Shown: positions 18,411 through 25,980 of the stretch, in pieces
How positions within the stretch are numbered: the stretch's first letter is position 1
Layout of the letters: each line of letters begins with the position of its first letter
Source of the DNA: a virus
Lineage: Duplodnaviria; Caudoviricetes
Virus record (IMG/VR): IMGVR_UViG_3300030330_005471
Strand: one strand, 5' to 3'
Length of the DNA stretch: 64,000 bases
Made by a program: the position numbers and the translations under genes
Notes under the pieces: model-generated
Database searches by the model: none
Seen by the model: the letters and a program-made list of their open reading frames with translations, nothing else
Told to the model about the DNA's origin: nothing

Positions 18411-18469
18411 TTTGTCCTTTACATTCTGAGACAACAGGTTATATTACTGATATGAACAACGGAGAAAAC

Positions 18470-18709
18470 ATGGAACCATTTTTAGATATAGGGACTCTCG
18501 TAATATACGAACTGTGGCGACCGAACATAGAAGATATGGAATTGGTTGTGGGGTTGATAACCAAGGTCAACCGAAAGATATGGAATAACCACAGAATCCT
18601 TATTCCAAAGTACAATATAGAAAGAATGGAGAACAGGTGCAAGATATACATCTTCACAGAGGAGAACTGGGACAAACTATACAAGGAGAGAGTAGCATGG
18701 AAAAACTAA
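18470..18709 (+). CDS. GDLV-family small protein
   Basis: DIGTLVI...GLITKV. Confidence 0.65.
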   Translation: MEPFLDIGTLVIYELWRPNIEDMELVVGLITKVNRKIWNNHRILIPKYNIERMENRCKIYIFTEENWDKLYKERVAWKN

Positions 18710-18903
18710 AGATCGGAGATCTTGTCAAGTATCCTAGAGGCATTAACGATGATAGCAACGGAATTTTGTGTATTGTGATAGAGATAAAAGGAAACACAGG
18801 ACAATACATAGTACAGAGCATAGCCACAGGTGAGCATTATGTAGCGATTGATCGTTGGCTCACACACCCACCCCTATACCCGAACCAACGGAGACAACAA
18901 TGA
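18697..18903 (+). CDS. GDLV-family small protein
   Basis: KIGDLVKYP..LCIVIEI. Confidence 0.75.
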   Translation: MEKLKIGDLVKYPRGINDDSNGILCIVIEIKGNTGQYIVQSIATGEHYVAIDRWLTHPPLYPNQRRQQ

Positions 18904-19148
18904 AAAATAATGTAGACTTTATTGAACCAACAACCAAGTACACCATAGGGGATCTAGTACAGTACCCCATGTCCAAAGCAGTAGAAGAAGGAAAAGTTAC
19001 ACCAACCCTATGTCTCGTTGTAGAGATACGGAATGGATACTATAGGCTTCAGTGTACTAGGACTCGGTTGTTTCATAACACCACAGAACAGTGGATAGCC
19101 CTACCCACCTACTACCCTACCCCTATGGGGTCACTAAAAACTCCCTAG
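18900..19148 (+). CDS. GDLV-family small protein (tandem paralog of 18697)
   Basis: TIGDLVQYP..LCLVVEI. Confidence 0.75.
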   Translation: MKNNVDFIEPTTKYTIGDLVQYPMSKAVEEGKVTPTLCLVVEIRNGYYRLQCTRTRLFHNTTEQWIALPTYYPTPMGSLKTP

Positions 19149-19272
19149 ATGGTCATTAAGGGCTTGTATGCGTACCTTGGAGTATATGTCCGTATTCGTT
19201 TGTACTCGCCTGTATATACTGTATCAAAGTCACCCTACGAGTGTAACTATCACCCCGAAAAGGAAAACGACA

Positions 19273-19491
19273 ATGAAAAACGAAAATACCCCGAAAAACT
19301 CACAGCAAACCCTATTTCCTCGCATTACAAGCGTATCACAGGCGATCATGTACATAGAGGATTACCACAGTGACGAGTTCTTTGTTGAGTCCTTCCAGTA
19401 CCTCATAGACACAGGCGTTGTATGGCAGTTGCAAGGTTGGTACGGTCGCACAGCCATAGACTTGATCAATACAGGCGTATGCACACGATAA
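19273..19491 (+). CDS. conserved phage hypothetical protein
   Basis: QYLIDTGVVWQLQGWYGRTA..LI..G.C. Confidence 0.7.
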   Translation: MKNENTPKNSQQTLFPRITSVSQAIMYIEDYHSDEFFVESFQYLIDTGVVWQLQGWYGRTAIDLINTGVCTR

Positions 19492-19710
19492 AGTCTTGAC
19501 AGACTTTCAAGCGACTCCTAGAGAGAATCGACTAAAGTTCTCGTTTAAATGGTTTAAACCGTAGGTTTAAATGGTATAAAAGTCTTGACATTTGGTATAT
19601 TTATATACCAATTGGCTTAAATAATTTAATTGACATTTCGATGTTTCAGATTTAATTGACATTTCGATATAGACTGTTTTCCGAATCGGTCAAATTCTGT
19701 CCGAAAACGG
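19490..19710. other. non-coding repeat/palindrome cluster (origin- or terminus-like)
   Basis: AAAGTCTTGACA x2, GTTTAAATGGT x2, GGTTTAAACC, TTGGTATAT-tt-ATATACCAA, 17-mer x2. Confidence 0.6.
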
Positions 19711-19780
19711 AATAAAAAAGATTTGACAGATCAGCCCAAACGAATTACATTACCTTTACATTCAAACCAACGAGGTAAAT

Positions 19781-20023
19781 ATGAAAATGAATAAAGGCGA
19801 TCTAGTTCAAGTAAACATTGGATACGGAGCCGTTGAGGGCGATCCTCTCAAGTGCGAGCTAAAGAAGGCTTGGGGCGTGATCACAGAGATCCGTAGAGAA
19901 GGCGAACGCCTTATGGTTCACTTTATCGAAGATGATCGTGAATACTTGATAAAAAGATTCAACATAAAGGTGGTCGTAAACAAGAACGGTCAAATTCTGT
20001 CCGAAACTAATATTGACAAATAA
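19781..20023 (+). CDS. GDLV-family small protein
   Basis: KGDLVQV...GVITEI. Confidence 0.75.
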   Translation: MKMNKGDLVQVNIGYGAVEGDPLKCELKKAWGVITEIRREGERLMVHFIEDDREYLIKRFNIKVVVNKNGQILSETNIDK

Positions 20024-20069
20024 ACCTAAACCGATTATAATATATATACATTCAAACAACGAGGTCACT

Positions 20070-20381
20070 ATGACAAACGAAGAACTTATTAAAGCATTTA
20101 TTAACAAGACTCACGAGTACGGAAAGAACGGCACAGGTGCGTTATCTTTCGTAGGAAACAGGATCTATTCTTACAACCTCCTTATAGGAGAATACATAGA
20201 TCGCTCTGAAGAGGGTTTTATCGGACTCCTTATCCACGACCACATGGCAACAGGATTGGGATTCATCTCGGCTACAACCTCTCAGCATGTCTCTCTCCTT
20301 AAGAGACTCACCGAGTATCACCCTAGAAGGATCAACTCTACCGAGACATCAATCTTTGGTGCACCGTATCACAGACAATAA
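20070..20381 (+). CDS. hypothetical protein
   Basis: Promoter and GAGG; MTNEELIKAF. Confidence 0.7.
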   Translation: MTNEELIKAFINKTHEYGKNGTGALSFVGNRIYSYNLLIGEYIDRSEEGFIGLLIHDHMATGLGFISATTSQHVSLLKRLTEYHPRRINSTETSIFGAPYHRQ

Positions 20382-20428
20382 CCCTACTACCCTACTATAC
20401 CCCCTTAACCCATACCATGAGGTAAATT

Positions 20429-20599
20429 ATGAAAAACATCCTTATACCCTTCTTCTTCTCTCAACTCCCTTTCGCTCTCCTTCTCTTCGCAATTGGTTGC
20501 TTTAAAGCAAATGCTGAAACCGAAGAGGCTCCAATCGCCACTGTGACAGTGGTAGACTCCGAGATCGAGATCATTGACGCTACAACCGTAAACCAGTAG
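20429..20599 (+). CDS. small exported/lipoprotein candidate (56 aa, not in ORF track)
   Basis: GAGG; MKNILIPFFFSQLPFALLLFAIGC followed by acidic tail. Confidence 0.6.
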   Translation: MKNILIPFFFSQLPFALLLFAIGCFKANAETEEAPIATVTVVDSEIEIIDATTVNQ

Positions 20600-20608
20600 G
20601 AGACACTT

Positions 20609-20845
20609 ATGAATTACGATACAGACAACACACTTTCAGCAACCACACGAGAGGCTAAGCAACTAGCAAACGAGATCCGACAAAGAGTATTTGTCCTCTA
20701 TTACCCTGCCGATGACGAATTCGACTATAGCGAGTTCAAGCCCGACCGAGACGATATGACTGTTTCAGTCATGAGAGAGGTCAAGCCCGATCCTATCCAA
20801 TATGAGGAAGGTTGCAACGGACTCAAGTACAATACCGTAAGGTAG
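20609..20845 (+). CDS. hypothetical protein
   Basis: AGGAG RBS. Confidence 0.65.
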   Translation: MNYDTDNTLSATTREAKQLANEIRQRVFVLYYPADDEFDYSEFKPDRDDMTVSVMREVKPDPIQYEEGCNGLKYNTVR

Positions 20846-20866
20846 GCATGGGCCCCCACGTTTAAA

Positions 20867-20899
20867 CAGCCGACAATGGAGGATTGTCGGTTGGTTTTT
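20867..20899 (+). terminator. intrinsic terminator
   Basis: CAGCCGACAAT/ATTGTCGGTTG stem followed by T-tract. Confidence 0.75.
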
Positions 20900-21047
20900 C
20901 ATTTTTTTAATTAATTGACATTTCGATGTCACATGCATGTGTGATCGAGCTTCCTACGGAAGTCGGACAAATTCTGTCCGTTTTACGGTTGCTCGATCAA
21001 TCCGAATTGGTTATAATATATATATGAAAACAACAAAGGAGATTCAT

Positions 21048-21641
21048 ATGAAAGAATTTGTCATCACAATTAACCCCTTCCGAGCCCCTTTTATGAGAGA
21101 ACGAATGATCCCCGTTCAGACCGTATGCAAGTATCGCAACGGATCCAAGTACGAGTATAGCGAATATGCGTACGGTAAGCCCCATTGTGGTCGTGTCTAC
21201 CGATGGACTGACACACCCGAATCACTTGCCGAAAAAGAGCGTCATATCCCTGCTTTTATGGAAAGAGTAGAGAGGACATATGAGAAGGCTAGAACACGAT
21301 TCAGTAAGACCTATCAAGGGATCTCCCACGAGGACGAGGTTGTTAGAACATACGCACCTTATCCACAGTGCCCACAAGCGATCAAGTCCGTTATGTCCGA
21401 TAGATGGAACCAGTACATAGCCGATAGACAATTTCTGTCCAACATTGTGTCTCGTATGAGGATCCAATTCGGACATTTAATGACCAGTGCTCAGACTGGC
21501 GAGTATGACAGGATAGGCGACTCGCTTTATCGAATTCATTCTATGTATATGACTCTATCGGCTATGTGTCGACCCGATCACCATAGAGTAGAATACAGGA
21601 AGATCAAGGGAGTTGACCCTCTACTAGCGAATAGAAGATAG
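21048..21641 (+). CDS. hypothetical protein
   Basis: Promoter and AAGGAG; contains two palindrome-like sites (21426, 21471). Confidence 0.7.
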   Translation: MKEFVITINPFRAPFMRERMIPVQTVCKYRNGSKYEYSEYAYGKPHCGRVYRWTDTPESLAEKERHIPAFMERVERTYEKARTRFSKTYQGISHEDEVVRTYAPYPQCPQAIKSVMSDRWNQYIADRQFLSNIVSRMRIQFGHLMTSAQTGEYDRIGDSLYRIHSMYMTLSAMCRPDHHRVEYRKIKGVDPLLANRR

Positions 21642-21727
21642 TCGGTCAATTTCTGTCCGTTTCACAGTTGCACACTCTGTTCGAATTTGTTATATTATAT
21701 ATATGAAAACAACCAAGGAGGTTTTTC

Positions 21728-21820
21728 ATGCTACAGTTCGCGATAATTTTCACTTACACGATCCTGATCGTTCCTTCCTTCTGTGTGGTGTGGAGAGTAA
21801 TCCACGAAGAATATTTTTAA
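21728..21820 (+). CDS. 30-aa hydrophobic peptide
   Basis: Dedicated promoter and AAGGAGG; MLQFAIIFTYTILIVPSFCVVWRVIHEEYF. Confidence 0.6.
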   Translation: MLQFAIIFTYTILIVPSFCVVWRVIHEEYF

Positions 21821-21909
21821 ACTGGACAAATTCTGTCCGTTTCCAACTTGCACACTTTAACCAAATCGATTATAATATATATATGAAAACAACAAAGGAG
21901 TATTTCATT

Positions 21910-22206
21910 ATGTCACAATATCATATGACCAGTCAACAACGCAAAGCCCTCAACGCCTCGATCAATAGACAGATCGCTCAATCATACGAGAGACTTATGG
22001 ATCTCTGTAACGAGAGATTTGACGAGAACCACGAGGATCCCAAACTCGCTGCTTTAAACAAGCGATTGAATGAGGGTGCTGTTGCTATCGAAGATCTTAT
22101 CCTCTCTATATGGGATGACGAGATCGACCAAAAAGATGATCAACTCTCTAAAGAAGAGATCGCTCTTATCAAAGAAGAAATCGCTGACGAGTTTGGCGAA
22201 GAATAA
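21910..22206 (+). CDS. acidic helical hypothetical protein
   Basis: Promoter and AAGGAG. Confidence 0.7.
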   Translation: MSQYHMTSQQRKALNASINRQIAQSYERLMDLCNERFDENHEDPKLAALNKRLNEGAVAIEDLILSIWDDEIDQKDDQLSKEEIALIKEEIADEFGEE

Positions 22207-22259
22207 ACAACCCTTTTCAACTAACTACTACAATAACCCTATCCAAAGGATAAACTAAT

Positions 22260-22580
22260 ATGTCTAATTTCTCTATCTATGAATCTCCGATCTATCGTGG
22301 CTCTTACTATGTCGTCAACAACTCCACTGGTGAGCGTGTCGACTGTCATAACCTTGCAACAGCCCTTCAACACATTAGAGATCGCGAAAACCCTCAGAAC
22401 CCTGTCACTCACGAGCCTAAGCAAGTAACACTTGAAGAGCATTTCGGTTGCTTAACTGGTGGTATGGGCTACACTCCTGCGATCACTTGGACTTTAACAG
22501 GTCGTGTTGAACGCGTTCACAACTGGGCTACAGCCAAAGAGATCGCTCGAACCTTTCCTAAAAAAACTTGGTTACAATAA
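22260..22580 (+). CDS. hypothetical protein
   Basis: AAGGA RBS; internal repeat TGERVDCHNLATA / TGRVERVHNWATA. Confidence 0.7.
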   Translation: MSNFSIYESPIYRGSYYVVNNSTGERVDCHNLATALQHIRDRENPQNPVTHEPKQVTLEEHFGCLTGGMGYTPAITWTLTGRVERVHNWATAKEIARTFPKKTWLQ

Positions 22581-22618
22581 CCTACTACCCTATCACCCCT
22601 TCACCCTTGGAGAATACC

Positions 22619-22798
22619 ATGGAAACATTACCCACTACTATCGATTCGATTAACCTCGCTCGATCCTTTACCCTTCACAATATTATTAAACAACTAGATG
22701 AAATGAAATCAATTGATGGATATTCTCCACTAGAGATCTCACTACTTGAAGAATTATTAAATGAGATCATTGACTCTATCACACCACTTGAGGAGTAG
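22619..22798 (+). CDS. small acidic protein
   Basis: GGAG RBS. Confidence 0.6.
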   Translation: METLPTTIDSINLARSFTLHNIIKQLDEMKSIDGYSPLEISLLEELLNEIIDSITPLEE

Positions 22799-22799
22799 C

Positions 22800-22895
22800 A
22801 TGCCGATTGAACCTTTTATTTATTGCTTTATCACCCTGTTTTTCATTAACACTTTATTCTTATTTTTAATGTTCATTAATTTTGTTGATGATTAA
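22800..22895 (+). CDS. 31-aa membrane peptide
   Basis: GAGGAG; MPIEPFIYCFITLFFINTLFLFLMFINFVDD. Confidence 0.5.
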   Translation: MPIEPFIYCFITLFFINTLFLFLMFINFVDD

Positions 22896-23125
22896 AACGG
22901 GGGGATCCCCTCCCCCTCCCACTGATGGAACCTCGAAATAAGTACTTAGAACCTTTGTTTTCGGCCGGGCCGGCCTGATACGTTGAATATACGCACGGAA
23001 ATTTTCCAGATTTAGAACTTATGCCACTTGGCATAAAACGGTTTTAACACATTTCATAAAAAGTTTGTACCAAGTGGACTAAAAAAAACACCCAGAAAAA
23101 ATTTCTCAAATAGGAAGGTAATCCA
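22896..23125. other. palindrome-dense early/late boundary
   Basis: GGGGATCCCC, TAAGTACTTA, GGCCGGGCCGGCC, GGAAA-T-TTTCC, TTATGCCA-CT-TGGCATAA. Confidence 0.6.
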
Positions 23126-23151
23126 CTATTTATACCAAGAGGTATAAACTT

Positions 23152-23610
23152 ATGAAACTCACAAGCAAACTTTTAAGAAAACTTATATTGGAAGAGTACG
23201 CTAGAATTACAGGTGACATAGATCAAGAATATGAATACCCAGAGTATCAAGATAAACTAAGAACATTGGCCAAGAGCGATTCGAAGCAAGCAATGAACCT
23301 TGCACAATCCCTCGATGAACCATTAGACGTTGAATTCGACCCAGATAATATTAAGACGTTGGGTAAACACAGAGCAGCTATTGATGACTTGTTCAGCGAT
23401 GATAGAATGTTCTATGAAAAATACTTAATGTGGCTATATCGTAATACAGATAGACGTCCCCAGTTTAAGGACCCAATCGACCCCAAGAAAGCATATGAAT
23501 ATGCATTGGAAATTGGCGAAAAACCCCAGAAGGTCCTTAAGCACCTTGAGCTCCAACACCAGAAGTATATGTTGCAAACATATATTAAACCATTGGAGTT
23601 GGAACAATAA
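23152..23610 (+). CDS. putative virion internal protein (MKLT..L..LI.EE leader)
   Basis: MKLTSKLLRKLILEE. Confidence 0.65.
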   Translation: MKLTSKLLRKLILEEYARITGDIDQEYEYPEYQDKLRTLAKSDSKQAMNLAQSLDEPLDVEFDPDNIKTLGKHRAAIDDLFSDDRMFYEKYLMWLYRNTDRRPQFKDPIDPKKAYEYALEIGEKPQKVLKHLELQHQKYMLQTYIKPLELEQ

Positions 23611-23771
23611 TGCTTACACCAGAAGAAATAAAACTCCATCAAGAAATAGTTGATGCACACAAACGAATGATAGAATATCATAAAAAACAAATAGCAAAGC
23701 TGCATGCGAAGCTATACCCAGAGCGTTGCTGCTTTGAAGATAACCGAAAGAGGCTCCCAGTAATCAAATGA
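23610..23771 (+). CDS. small hypothetical protein (53 aa)
   Basis: TAATG and ATGA overlaps with both neighbours. Confidence 0.55.
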   Translation: MLTPEEIKLHQEIVDAHKRMIEYHKKQIAKLHAKLYPERCCFEDNRKRLPVIK

Positions 23772-24343
23772 AACTTACAAAGAAAAAACTATACAAACTA
23801 ATAAACGAGCAGTTTAGTCTCGAACAAGAAAAGAAAATATATTATTTAATAGATAGGACCCGCGAAGACCTGCTTACGTTGGAAGACGTTGCTCACTTTT
23901 TTCCGCCACTGATTAATGATGTATATTCTGTTCCTGATAGGGAACAAGCAAAATTTGAAAGACTTGTCGATGATAAATTTTTTAGACCATATATCATGAA
24001 GCACTACTATGCTCTCAAAAGAATGAGCGAAATTCTCTATGAAGTAAACTCATACTTAGTTCTCTTAAGGGACTTGGAAATCGAAAAAGAAGAGCTACTA
24101 AAGGCCATTGAAGAGATGTTAAATATGTCCTTGATGCTTGGGGCTGGGCGAGCAAGTATTCAAGTTAATTTAAGCCAAGCATTAAGCTTAATGGACACGG
24201 GAATAATGTTTTTAGAAGACCTCAAAGCAACAGATCCCAAATATTTTGGCGATGATATTGACTTTAGAGGCTCGCTGTCGCCAATCATGGCTTTTGAAGA
24301 AAACTATAAAGATTTGAAAGACTATCTGGAAAGTATGCGATGA
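23768..24343 (+). CDS. putative virion internal protein
   Basis: MKLTKKKLYKLINEQ. Confidence 0.65.
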   Translation: MKLTKKKLYKLINEQFSLEQEKKIYYLIDRTREDLLTLEDVAHFFPPLINDVYSVPDREQAKFERLVDDKFFRPYIMKHYYALKRMSEILYEVNSYLVLLRDLEIEKEELLKAIEEMLNMSLMLGAGRASIQVNLSQALSLMDTGIMFLEDLKATDPKYFGDDIDFRGSLSPIMAFEENYKDLKDYLESMR

Positions 24344-25035
24344 AACTTACAAAGAAAAAATTATACAAACTGATAATCAAAGAAATAAAAGCTTTTTATC
24401 AATCTCCACGTCCAATGAAAAAACGTCTTATGGCTGACCCTGATGTCGACAAAGCAACTGCGATGAAGCTTTATCGCATGCTGGATTCCGAAGATGAAGC
24501 CGATAGGGAATCTGCGGCGGAACTAATGGCTGCTTTGGGAATTGGTGAGTACGGAGAAGACGACGAAGACATAACGGTCATGGACACTCCCGAATTCGAT
24601 ACCGAAAGAGATACTCCACAATACTCTCCCATGTATAACCACAATATCGAGCAAGAACTTAAACTTACCGCTAAAGAAAAAAACCGACTTCGTTTAATTG
24701 CTTCTGCTTCGGATAATATTTCACACAAAATTACCATAATTGACAAATTGGAAGAAAAAGCCAAACGAGACTTTAGAAGAATATTACCGTTTCTGATGGA
24801 ACCTGAAGATTTGCCAAAACGTGGCGAAATGAATCAAGCCGCTAAAGATGCGATGGATCTTATGGAAAAAGTAATTGATATTTTTTATGAAAATGTGGAA
24901 GATGCTTTCAAGGATTTGCAAGACACTAATTTTATCGCTTATGAATCGTATTATGACAAACTTTCAAGATATATGTTAGATTACTTTGATGATGTTTCAA
25001 AGGGTAGAAAACAAATGGAACCGTGGGACCGATAG
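24340..25035 (+). CDS. putative virion internal protein
   Basis: MKLTKKKLYKLIIKE. Confidence 0.65.
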   Translation: MKLTKKKLYKLIIKEIKAFYQSPRPMKKRLMADPDVDKATAMKLYRMLDSEDEADRESAAELMAALGIGEYGEDDEDITVMDTPEFDTERDTPQYSPMYNHNIEQELKLTAKEKNRLRLIASASDNISHKITIIDKLEEKAKRDFRRILPFLMEPEDLPKRGEMNQAAKDAMDLMEKVIDIFYENVEDAFKDLQDTNFIAYESYYDKLSRYMLDYFDDVSKGRKQMEPWDR

Positions 25036-25092
25036 AAGGTTTATAATTATTGTAAAAAATTTTTTAGGCGAAGACTTTAAAGGAGTAAAACT

Positions 25093-25368
25093 ATGAAAAT
25101 AACAAAAGAAGAGCTGCGACAAATTATTCGAGAGGAACTTGAAGCTGTGGTTGATGAGGGATTATTTGGATCAAAGGTTGGAAGACAACTTTCTCCCGAC
25201 AAATATCATTATGATAAAAAAGATAAACCAAAGAAAAAAGCAAATTCTGAATATAAAGGTGATGACTATGACGTTGATGATATCAATCAAAAAATGGCAA
25301 AGAAATTTGGTGCTAAATATAAAAAACTAAAAGAAGAAGAGGAAGAGTCTGAAGAACAAGACTCGTAA
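25093..25368 (+). CDS. putative virion internal protein
   Basis: MKITKEELRQIIREELE. Confidence 0.65.
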   Translation: MKITKEELRQIIREELEAVVDEGLFGSKVGRQLSPDKYHYDKKDKPKKKANSEYKGDDYDVDDINQKMAKKFGAKYKKLKEEEEESEEQDS

Positions 25369-25408
25369 ATAAAAGATAAAACGACATAGTTACTTTATAG
25401 GAGCTATT

Positions 25409-25957
25409 ATGTTATTTTTTTTAAGTTTGCTTGGTTGTACACCAGATAAGGTGCCGGATAGTGGTGCTAAGGTTGTAGTCGAAGAGCCCAACCCAATACA
25501 TTGGGAAGAATGTTCGTATAAAGAAAATGAACACATCTGTGACTTTACTTATGCAAATGTTTTAGATACAACAACAACTCTGTATGATTATTACGGACAA
25601 ATTGTTGTTATTGAATATTTTGTTGAATGGTGTAACTATTGTCGAGTGGCTGCTGAACAGTCAGAAAGTTACATTGATGAAGATGTTGTTTTTCTTTCTG
25701 TGATGTTAGAGAATCAATATGGGATCACTCCAAACCAAGAAGACATTGAGCGATGGGCTAGTGCTTTTAGACTTCCTGAAGATAAGGTTTTACGAGCTGG
25801 AACTTATATATTGGACGGCAATGCTGAAGATGGACCTGACATTACTGGTCTTCCGGGTTTTATCATCGTTGATGAGGACATGGTTATTAAATATAAGATT
25901 CGTGGGTGGTCTCTGCAATTAATGCAACAAACTATTGCCGAACTAAAATCTGACTAA
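25409..25957 (+). CDS. thioredoxin-fold (TlpA/AhpC-like) lipoprotein
   Basis: Lipobox LLGC; WCNYC; GLPGFIIVD. Confidence 0.8.
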   Translation: MLFFLSLLGCTPDKVPDSGAKVVVEEPNPIHWEECSYKENEHICDFTYANVLDTTTTLYDYYGQIVVIEYFVEWCNYCRVAAEQSESYIDEDVVFLSVMLENQYGITPNQEDIERWASAFRLPEDKVLRAGTYILDGNAEDGPDITGLPGFIIVDEDMVIKYKIRGWSLQLMQQTIAELKSD

Positions 25958-25980
25958 TAGTTACTCTTGGAGGGGTTGCT

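Larger units (their letters stand above)
3340..21876 (+). promoter_or_regulatory. ~27 repeated early promoter cassettes: GG(A/T)CA-W5-TG(T/A)CC palindrome + -35 (mostly TTTACA) + N16-17 + TAT(A/T)(A/T)T
   Basis: Palindrome starts at 3340,3557,3638,4561,5933,6373,7432,8209,9277,9677,10303,11181,12254,12588,13962,14514,15022,16220,16490,17363,18015,18403,19688,19988,20965,21644,21824. Confidence 0.9.

Noticed and set aside
3127-19148. Diversity-generating retroelement behind the paralog diversity
   Set aside because: No reverse transcriptase and no TR/VR pair differing only at adenines in this window
3340-21876. Integron attC cassettes or intrinsic terminators
   Set aside because: No integrase or attC R/L boxes; 5-bp stems sit at a fixed position relative to -35/-10, fitting operators
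21703-22206. 167-aa ORF as a single gene
   Set aside because: It reads through a promoter; better explained as 21728-21820 plus 21910-22206, each with its own promoter and SD
3127-22895. Stop-codon reassignment explaining the short ORFs
   Set aside because: Each small ORF has its own SD and start in a different frame; TAA, TAG and TGA all terminate long genes normally
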